64,000 nucleotides of DNA. Source: Eledone cirrhosa (Eukaryota). The notes beneath the pieces are model-generated. The model did not search any database, was not told the origin of the DNA, and was given only the letters and a program-made list of their open reading frames with translations. Position 1 is the first letter of the stretch. Each line of letters begins with the position of its first letter. Positions 1-11,400 of the stretch are shown here, in pieces. The position numbers and the translations under genes are program-made. Location of the stretch: the NCBI GenBank assembly GCA_964016885.1, contig OZ024748.1, forward strand, positions 39,432,001-39,496,000, in the 5' to 3' direction.

Positions 1-3000
1 TGTCTATTTCATTAACCCTTTCATTACCATATTTCTAATGAAAGACACTGTCTATTTCATTGACCCTTTCATTACCATATTTCTAATGAAAGACACTGTC
101 TATTTCATTAAACCTTTCATTACCATATTTCTAATGAAAGACACTGTCTATGTCATTAACCCTTTCATTACCATATTTCTAATGAAAGTCACTGTCTATG
201 TCATTAACCCTTTCATTACCATATTTCTAATGAAAGACACAGTCTATGTCATTAATCCTTTCATTACCATATTTCTAATGAAAGTCACTGTCTATGTCAT
301 TAACCCTTTCATTACCATATTTCTAATGAAAGACACTGTCTATGTGATTAACCCTGTCATTACCATATTTCTAATGAAAGTTACTGTCTATGTCAGTAAC
401 CCTGTCATTACCATATTTCTAATGAAAGTCACTGTCTATGTCATTAACCCTTTCATTGCCATATTTCTAATGAAAGACACTGTCTATGTCATTAACCCTT
501 TCATTACCATATTTCTAATGAAAGACACAGTCTATGCAATTAACCCTTTCATTAACATATTTCTCACAAAAGACACAGCCTATGTCATTAATCCTTTCAT
601 TACCATATTTCTAATGAAAGTCACTGTCTATGTCATTAACCCTTTCATTACCATATTTCTAATGAAAGTCACTGTCTATGTGATTAATCCTGTCATTACC
701 ATATTTCTAATGAAAGTCACTCTCTACTTCATTAACCCTTTCATTACCATATTTCTTATGAAAGACACTGTCTATGTCATTAACCCTTTCGTTACCATAT
801 TTCTAATGAAAGTCATTGTCTATGTCATTAACCCTTTCATTACCATATTTCTAATGAAAGAAACTGTCTATGTCATTAACCCTTTCATTACCATATTTCT
901 AATGAAAGACACAGTCTATGTCATTAATCCATTAATTACCATATTTCTAATGAAAGTCACTGTCTATGTCATTAACCCTTTCATTACCATATTTCTAATG
1001 AAAGACGCTGTCTATGTGATTAACCCTGTCATTACCATATTTCTAATGAAAGTTACTGTCTATGTCAGTAACCCTGTCATTACCATATTTCTAATGAAAG
1101 TCACTGTCTATGTCATTAACCCTTTCATTAACATATTTCTAATGAAAGACTCTGTCTATGTCATTAACCCTGTCATTACCATATTTCTAATGAAAGACAC
1201 TGTCTATGTCATTAACCCTTTCATTACCATATTTCTAATGAAAGACACTGTCTATGTCATTAACTCTTTCATTATCATATTTCTAATAAAAGTCACTGTC
1301 TATGTCATTAACCCTTTCATTACCATATTTCTAATGAAAGTCACTCTCTATGTCATTAACCCTTTCATTACGATATTTGTAATGAAAGACATAGTCTATG
1401 TCATTAATCCTTTCATTACCATATTTCTAATGAAAGTCACTGTCTATGTCATTACCCCTTTCATTACCATATTTCTAATGAAAGACACAGTCTATGTCAT
1501 TAATCCTTTCATTACCATATTTCTAATGAAAGTCACTGTCTATGTCATTAACCCTTTCATTTCCATATTTCTAATGAAAGACACTGTCTATGTGATTAAT
1601 CCTGTCATTACCATATTTCTAATGAAAGACACTGTCTATGTGATTAATCCTGTCATTACCATATTTCTAATGAAAGACACTGTCTATGTCATTAACCCTT
1701 TATTATCATATTTCTAATAAAAGACACTGTCTATGTCATTAACCCTTTATTATCATATTTCTAATGAAAGACACTGTCTATGTCATTAACCCTTTCATTA
1801 AGATATTTCTCACAAAAGACACTGCCTATGTCCATATTACCATATATCTAATGAAAGACACTGTCTATGTCATTAACTCTTTCATTACCATATTTCTAAT
1901 GAAAGACACTGTCTATTTCATTAACCCTTTCATTACCCTATTTCTAATGAAAGACACTGCCAATGTCATTAACCCTTTCATTACCATATTTCTGACACTG
2001 TCTATGTCATTAACCCTTTCATCATCATATTTCTAATAAAAGACACTGTTTATGTCATTAACCCTATCATTACCTTATTTCTAATGAAAGACACTGTCTA
2101 TGTCATTAACCCTGTCATTACCATATTTCTAATGAGAGACACTGCCGATGTCATTAACCCTTTCATTACCATATTTCTGAGACTGTCTATTTCATTAACC
2201 CTTTCATTACCATATTTCTAATGAAAGACACTGTCTATTTCATTAACCCTTTCATTACCATATTTCTAATGAAAGTCACTCTCTATGTCATTAACCCTTT
2301 CATTACCATATTTCTAATGAAAGTCACTGTCTATTTCAATAACCCTTTCATTACCATATTTCTAATGAAAGACATAGTCTATGTCATTAATCCTTTCATT
2401 ACCATATTTCTAATGAAAGTCACTGTCTATGTCATTAACCCTTTCATTACCATATTTCTAATGAAAGACACAGTCTATGTCATTAATCCTTTCATTACCA
2501 TATTTCTAATGAAAGTCACTGTCTATGTCATTAACCCTTTCATTACCATATTTCTAATGAAAGACACTGTCTATGTGATTAATCCTGTCATTACCATATT
2601 TCTAATGAAAGTCACTGTTTATGTCATTAACCCTGTCATTACCATATTTCTAATGAAAGTCACTGTCTATGTCATTAACCCTTTCATTACCATATTTCTA
2701 ATGAAAGACACTGTCTATGTCATTAACCCTTTCATTACAATATTTCTAATGAAAGACACTGTCTATGTCATTAACCCTTTCATTACCATATTTCTAATGA
2801 AAGTCACTGTCTATGTCATTAACCCTTTCATTACCATATTTCTAATGAAAGACACTGTCTATGTCATTAACCCTTTCATTATCATATTTCTAATAAAAGT
2901 CACTGTCTATGTCATTAACCCTTTCATTACCATATTTCTAATGAAAGTCACTGTCTATGTCATTAACCCTGTCATTACCATATTTCTAATGAAAGACACT

Positions 3001-6000
3001 GTCTATGTCATTAACCCTTTCATTACCATATTTCTAATGAAAGACACTGTCTATGTCATTAACCCTTTCATTACCATATTTCTAATGAAAGACATAGTCT
3101 ATGTCATTAATCCTTTCATTACCATATTTCTAATGAAAGTCACTGTCTATGTCATTACCCCTTTCATTACCATATTTCTAATGAAAGACACAGTCTATGT
3201 CATTAATCCTTTCATTACCAAATTTCTAATGAAAGTCACTGTCTATGTCATTAACCCTTTCATTACCATATTTCTAATGAAAGACACTGTCTATGTGATT
3301 AATCCTGTCATTACCATATTTCTAATGAAAGTCACTGTTTATGTCATTAACCCTGTCATTACCATATTTCTAATGAAAGTCACTGTCTATGTCATTAACC
3401 CTTTCATTACCATATTTCTAATGAAAGACACTGTCTATGTCATTAACCCTTTCAATACCATATTTCTAATGAAAGACACTGTCTATGTCATTAACCCTTT
3501 CATTACCATATTTCTAATGAAAGACACTGTCTATGTCATTAACCCTTTCATTACCATATTTCTAATGAAAGACACTGTCTATGTCATTAACCCTTTCATT
3601 ACCATATTTCTAATGAAAGACACTGTCTATGTCATTAACCCTTTCATTACCATATTTCTAATGAAAGACACTGTCTATGTCATTAACCCTTTCATTACCA
3701 TATTTCTAATGAAAGTCACTGTCTATGTCATTAATCCTTTCATTACCATATTTCTAATGAAATGCACTGTCTATGTCATTAACCCTTTCATTACCATATT
3801 TCTAATGAAAGTCACTGTCTATGTCATTAACCCTTTAATTACCATATTTCTAATGAAAGTCACTGTCTATGTCATTAACCCTTTCATTACCATATTTCTA
3901 ATGAAAGTCACTGTCTATGTCATTAACCCTTTCATTACCATATTTCTAATGAAAGTCACTGTCTATTTCATTAACCCTTTCATTACCATATTTCTAATGA
4001 AAGACACTGTCTATGTCATTAACCCTTTCATTACCATATTTCTAATGAAAGACACTGTTTATTTCATTAACCCTTTCAGTACCATATTTCTAATGAAAGA
4101 CACTGTCTATTTCATTAACCCTTTCATTACCATATTTCTAATGAAAGACACTGTCTATTTCATTAACCCTTTCATTACCATATTTCTAATGAAAGACACT
4201 GTCTATTTCATTAACCCTTTCATTACCATATTTCTAATGAAAGACACTGTCTATTTCATTAACCCTTTCATTACCATATTTCTAATGAAAGACACTGTCT
4301 ATTTCATTAAACCTTTCATTACCATATTTCTAATGAAAGACACTGTCTATGTCATTAACCCTTTCATTACCATATTTCTAATGAAAGTCACTGTCTATGT
4401 CATTAACCCTTTCATTACCATATTTCTAATGAAAGACACAGTCTATGTCATTAATCCTTTCATTACCATATTTCTAATGAAAGTCACTGTCTATGTCATT
4501 AACCCTTTCAGTACCATATTTCTAATGAAAGACACCGTCTATGTGATTAACCCTGTCATTACCATATTTCTAATGAAAGTTATTGTCTATGTCAGTAACC
4601 CTGTCATTACCATATTTCTAATGAAAGTCACTGTCTATGTCATTAACCCTTTCATTACCATATTTCTAATGAAAGACACAGTCTATGTCATTAATCCTTT
4701 CATTACCATATTTCTAATGAAAGTCACTGTCTATGTCATTAACCCTTTCAGTACCATATTTCTAATGAAAGACACTGTCTATGTGATTAACCCTGTCATT
4801 ACCATATTTCTAATGAAAGTTACTGTCTATGTCAGTAACCCTGTCATTACCATATTTCTAATGAAAGTCACTGTCTATGTCATTAACCCTTTCATTACCA
4901 TATTTCTAATGAAAGACACTGTCTATGTCATTAACCCTTTCATTACCATATTTCTAATGAAAGTCACTGTCTATGTGATTAACTCTTTCATTACCATATT
5001 TCTAATGAAAGACACTGACTATGTCATTAACCCTTTCATTACCATATTTCTAATGAAAGACACTGTCTATGCAATTAACCCTTTCATTAACATATTTCTC
5101 ACAAAAGCCACTGTTTGTGTCATTGACCATTTCATTAACATATTTGTCACAAAAGACACAGCCTATGTCATTAATCCTTTCATTACCATAATTCTAATGA
5201 AAGGCACTGTCTATGTAATTAACCCTTTCATTACCATATTTCTAATGAAAGTCACTGTCTATGTCATTAACCCTTTCATTACCATATTTCTAATGAAAGT
5301 CACTGTCTATGTCATTAACCCTTTCATTACCATATTTCTAATGAAAGACACAGTCTATGTGATTAATCATGTCATTACCATATTTCTAATGAAAGTCACT
5401 GTCTATGTCATTAACCCTTTCATTACCATATTTCTAATGAAAGTCACTGTCTATGTCATTAACCCTTTCATTACCATATTTCTAATGAAAGACACAATCT
5501 ATGTCATTAATCCTTTCATTACCATATTTCTAATGAAAGTCACTGTCTATGTCATTAACCCTTTCATTACCATATTTCTAATGAAAGTCACTCTCTACTT
5601 CATTAACCCTTTCATTACCATATTTCTAATGAAAGTCACTGTCTATGTCATTAATCCTTTCATTACCATATTTCTAATGAAAGTCACTGTCTATGTCATT
5701 AACCCTTTCATTACCATATTTCTAATGAAAGTCACTCTCTACTTCATTAACCCTTTCATTACCATATTTCTAATGAAAGACACTGTCTATGTCATTAACC
5801 CTTTCATTACCATATTTCTAATGAAAGTCATTGTCTATGTCATTAACCCTTTCATTACCATATTTCTAATGAAAGACACAGTCTATGTCATTAATCCTTT
5901 CATTACCATATTTCTAATGAAAGACACTGTCTATGTCATTAACCCTGTCATTACCATATTTCTAATGAAAGACACTGTCTATTTCATTAACCCTTTCATT

Positions 6001-8218
6001 ACCATATTTTTAATGAAAGTCACTCTCTACTTCATTAACCCTTTCATTACCATATTTCTAATGAAAGACACAGTCTATGTCATTAATCCTTTCATTACCA
6101 TATTTCTAATGAAAGTCACTGTCTATGTCATTAACCCTTTCATTACCATATTTCTAATGAAAGACACTGTCTATGTGATTAACCCTGTCATTACCATATT
6201 TCTAATGAAAGTCACTGTTTATGTCATTAACCCTGTCATTACCATATTTCTAATGAAAGTCACTGTCTATGTCATTAACCCTTTCATTACCATATTTCTA
6301 ATGAAAGACACTGTCTATGTCATTAACCCTTTCATTACCATATCTCTAATGAAAGACACTGTCTATGTGATTAACCGTGTCATTACCATATTTCTAATGA
6401 AAGTCACTGTTTATGTCATTAACCCTGTCATTACCATATTTCCAATGAAAGTCACTGTCTATGTCATTAACCCTTTCATTACCATATTTCTAATGAAAAA
6501 CACTGTCTATGTCATTAACCCTTTCATTACCATATTTCTAATGAAAGTCACTGTCTATGTCCTTAACCCTTTCATTACCATATTTCTAATGAAAGTCACT
6601 GTTTATGTCATTAACCCTGTCATTACCATATTTCTAATGAAAGTCACTGTCTATGTCATTAACCCTTCCATTACCATATTTCTAATGAAAGTCACCGTCT
6701 ATGTCATTAACCCTTTCAATACCATATTTCTAATGAAAGTCACTGTTTATGTCATTAACCCTGTCATTACCATATTTCTAATGAAAGTCACTGTCTATGT
6801 CATTAACCCTTTCATTACCATATTTCTAATGAAAGACACTGTCTATGTCATTAACCCTTACATTACCATATTTCTAATGAAAGTCACTGTCTATGTCATT
6901 AACCCTTTCATTACCATATTTCTAATGAAAGTCACTGTCTATGTCATTAACCCTTTCATTACCATATTTCTAATGAAAGTCACTGTCTATGTCATTAACC
7001 CTTTCATTACCATATTTCTAATGAAAGTCACTGTCTATGTCATTAATCCTTTCATTACCATATTTCTAATGAAAGTCACTGTCTATGTCATTAACCCTTT
7101 CATTACCATATTTCTAATGAAAGTCACTGTCTATGTCATTAACCCTTTCATTACCATATTTCTAATGAAAGTCACTGTCTATGTCATTAACCCTTTCATT
7201 ACCATATTTCTAATGAAAGTCACTGTCTATGTCATTAACCCTTTCATTACCATATTTCTAATGAAAGTCACTGTCTATGTCATTAACCCTTTCATTACCA
7301 TATTTCTAATGAAAGTCACTGTCTATGTCATTAACCCTTTCATTACCATATTTCTAATGAAAGTCACTGTCTATGTCATTAACCCTTTCATTACCATATT
7401 TCTAATGAAAGTCACTGTCTATGTCATTAACCCTTTCATTACCATATTTCTAATGAAAGTCACTGTCTATGTCATTAATCCTTTCATTACCATATTTCTA
7501 ATGAAAGTCACTGTCTATGTCATTAACCCTTTCATTACCATATTTCTAATGAAAGTCACTGTCTATGTCATTAACCCTTTCATTACCATATTTCTAATGA
7601 AAGTCACTGTCTATGTCATTAACCCTTTCATTACCATATTTCTAATGAAAGTCACTGTCTATGTCATTAATCCTTTCATTACCATATTTCTAATGAAAGT
7701 CACTGTCTATGTCATTAACCCTTTCATTACCATATTTCTAATGAAAGTCACTGTCTATGTCATTAACCCTTTCATTACCATATTTCTAATGAAAGTCACT
7801 GTCTATGTCATTAACCCTTTCATTACCATATTTCTAATGAAAGTCACTGTCTATGTCATTAATCCTTTCATTACCATATTTCTAATGAAAGTCACTGTCT
7901 ATGTCATTAATCCTTTCATTACCATATTTCTAATGAAAGACACTGTCTATGTCATTAACCCTTTCATTACCATATTTCTAATGAAAGTCACTGTCTATGT
8001 CATTAATCCTTTCATTACCATATTTCTAATGAAAGTCACTGTCTACGTAATTAACCCTTTCATTACCATATTTCTAATGAAAGACACTGTCTATGTCATT
8101 AACCCTTTCATTACCATATTTCTAATGAAAGTCACTGTCTATGTCATTAACCCTTTCATTGCCATATTTCTAATGAAAGACACTGTCTATGTCATTAACC
8201 CTTTCATTACCATATTTC
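1..8218. repeat. Left domain: more heterogeneous monomers with short-range duplications, grading into the HOR core
   Basis: It has many private substitutions (e.g. 61, 790, 861, 931, 1007, 3763, 5065-5200, 6343, 6377), 47-bp monomers near 1700 and 1748, a 39-bp monomer near 1832, and 41-bp monomers near 1993 and 2178. The part from about 6.7 kb to 8.2 kb already matches the tail of the long HOR type. Confidence 0.75.
18..44. other. Perfect 9-bp inverted repeat with 9-nt loop, present once per monomer (first instance)
   Basis: CTTTCATTA (18-26), then CCATATTTC, then TAATGAAAG (36-44). The two arms are exact reverse complements. Confidence 0.9.
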
Positions 8219-8494
8219 CGAGACTGTCTATTTCATTAACCCTTTCATTACCATATTTCTAATGAAAGTCACTGTCTATGTCATTAATCCTTTCATTACC
8301 ATATTTCTAATGAAAGGCACTGTCTATGTCATTAACCCTTTCATTACCATATTTCTAATGAAAGTCACTGTCTATGTCATTAACCCTTTCATTACCATAT
8401 TTCTAATGAAAGACACTGTCTATGTCATTAACCCTTTCATTACCATATTTCTGAGACTGTCTATTTCATTAACCCTTTCATTACCATATTTCTA
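8219..8494. repeat. HOR landmark cassette: two 41-bp deletion monomers 233 bp apart (first full instance)
   Basis: AATGAAA is deleted at about 8219 (TTTCCGAGACTGTC) and about 8452 (TTTCTGAGACTGTC), and 233 = 4x48+41. This cassette produces the repeated 77-aa ORFs in the ORF track. Confidence 0.93.
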
Positions 8495-11400
8495 ATGAAA
8501 GACACTGTCTATGTCATTAACCCTTTCATTACAATATTTCTAATGAAAGTCACTGTCTATGTCATTAACCCTTTCATTACCATATTTCTAATGAAAGTCA
8601 CTGTCTATGTCATTAACCCTTTCATTACCATATTTCTAATGAAAGTCACTGTCTATGTCATTAACCCTTTCATTACCATATTTCAAATGAAAGTCACTGT
8701 CTATGTCATTAACCCTTTCATTACCATATTTCTAATGAAAGTCACTGTCTATTTCATTAACCCTTTCATTACCATATTTCTAATGAAAGACACTGTCTAT
8801 GTCATTAAACCTTTCATTACCATATTTCTAAGGAAAGACACTGTTTATTTCATTAACCCTTTCATTACCATATTTCTAATGAAAGACACTGTCTATTTCA
8901 TTAACCCTTTCATTACCATATTTCTAATGAAAGACACTGTCTTTTTCATTAAACCTTTCATTACCATATTTCTAATGAAAGACACTGTCTATGTCATTAA
9001 CCCGTTCATTACCATATTTCTAATGAAAGTCACTGTCTATGTCATTAACCCTTTCATTACCATATTTCTAATGAAAGACACAGTCTATGTCATTAATCCT
9101 TTCATTACCATATTTCTAATGAAAGTCACTGTCTATGTCATTAACCCTTTCATTACCATATTTCTAATGAAAGACACTGTCTATGTGATTAACCCTGTCA
9201 TTACCATATTTCTAATGAAAGTTACTGTCTATGTCAGTAACCCTGTCATTACCATATTTCCAATGAAAGTCACTCTCTATGTCATTAACCCTTTCATTAC
9301 CATATTTCTAATTAAAGACACTGTCTATGTGATTAATCCTGTCATTACCATATTTCTAATAAAAGTCACTGTCTATGTCATTAACCCTTTCATTACCATA
9401 TTTCTAATGAAAGACACAGTCTATGTCATTAATCCTTTCATTACCATATTTCTAATGAAAGTCACTGTCTATGTCATTAACCCTTTCATTACCATATTTC
9501 TAATGAAAGTCACTCTCTACTTCATTAACCCTTTCATTACCATATTTCTAATGAAAGACACAGTCTATGTCATTAATCCTTTCATTACCATATTTCTAAT
9601 GAAAGTCACTGTCTATGTCATTAACCCTTTCATTACCATATTTCTAATGAAAGTCACTCTCTACTTCATTAACCCTTTCATTACCATATTTCTAATGAAA
9701 GTCACTGTCTATGTCATTAATCCTTTCATTACCATATTTCTAATGAAAGTCACTGTCTATGTCATTAACCCTTTCATTACCATATTTCTAATGAAAGTCA
9801 CTCTCTACTTCAGTAACCCTTTCATTACCATATTTCTAATGAAAGACACTGTCTATGTCATTAACCCTTTCATTACCATATTTCTAATGAAAGTCATTGT
9901 CTATGTCATTAACCCTTTCATTACCATATTTCTAATGAAAGACACAGTCTATGTCATTAATCCTTTCATTACCATATTTCTAATGAAAGACACTGTCTAT
10001 GTCATTAACCCTTTCATTACCATATTTCTAATGAAAGTCACTCTCTACTTCATTAACCCTTTCATTACCATATTTCTAATGAAAGACACAGTCTATGTCA
10101 TTAATCCTTTCATTACCATATTTCTAATGAAAGTCACTGTCTATGTCATTAACCCTTTCATTACCATATTTCTAATGAAAGTCACTCTCTACTTCATTAA
10201 CCCTGTCATTACCATATTTCTAATGAAAGTCACTGTCTATGTCATTAACCCTTTCATTACCATATTTCTAATGAAAGACACTGTCTATGTCATTAATCCT
10301 TTCATTACCATATTTCTAATGAAAGTCACTGTCTATGTCATTAACCCTTTCATTACCATATTTCTAATGAAAGTCACTGTCTATGTCATTAACCCTTTCA
10401 TTACCATATTTCTAATGAAAGTCACTGTCTATGTCATTAACCCTTTCATTACCATATTTCTAATGAAAGTCACTGTCTATGTCATTAATCCTTTCATTAC
10501 CATATTTCTAATGAAAGTCACTGTCTATGTCATTAACCCTTTCATTACCATATTTCTAATGAAAGTCACTGTCTATGTCATTAACCCTTTCATTACCATA
10601 TTTCTAATGAAAGTCACTGTCTATGTCATTAACCCTTTCATTACCATATTTCTAATGAAAGTCACTGTCTATGTCATTAATCCTTTCATTACCATATTTC
10701 TAATGAAAGTCACTGTCTATGTCATTAATCCTTTCATTACCATATTTCTAATGAAAGACACTGTCTATGTCATTAACCCTTTCATTACCATATTTCTAAT
10801 GAAAGTCACTGTCTATGTCATTAATCCTTTCATTACCATATTTCTAATGAAAGTCACTGTCTATGTCATTAACCCTTTCATTACCATATTTCTAATGAAA
10901 GACACTGTCTATGTCATTAACCCTTTCATTACCATATTTCTAATGAAAGTCACTGTCTATGTCATTAACCCTTTCATTGCCATATTTCTAATGAAAGACA
11001 CTGTCTATGTCATTAACCCTTTCATTACCATATTTCCGAGACTGTCTATTTCATTAACCCTTTCATTACCATATTTCTAATGAAAGTCACTGTCTATGTC
11101 ATTAATCCTTTCATTACCATATTTCTAATGAAAGGCACTGTCTATGTCATTAACCCTTTCATTACCATATTTCTAATGAAAGTCACTGTCTATGTCATTA
11201 ACCCTTTCATTACCATATTTCTAATGAAAGACACTGTCTATGTCATTAACCCTTTCATTACCATATTTCTGAGACTGTCTATTTCATTAACCCTTTCATT
11301 ACCATATTTCTAATGAAAGACACTGTCTATGTCATTAACCCTTTCATTACAATATTTCTAATGAAAGTCACTGTCTATGTCATTAACCCTTTCATTACCA

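Noticed and set aside
13-19. Telomeric repeat (TAACCCT matches the C-strand of TTAGGG arrays, and the + strand is C-rich)
   Set aside because: There is only one 7-bp match per 48 bp and no tandem hexamers. Multi-kb HORs indicate recombinational amplification rather than telomerase synthesis. A subtelomeric location is not excluded.
18-44. Rho-independent terminator
   Set aside because: The stem is AT-rich and weak, no U-tract follows it on either strand, and there is no upstream gene.
8258-8497. TAATG stop/start overlaps resembling translational coupling in an operon of alternating long and 77-aa ORFs
   Set aside because: CTAATG is in every monomer. After a 7-bp deletion the shifted frame necessarily ends at the next TAA, which overlaps the ATG.
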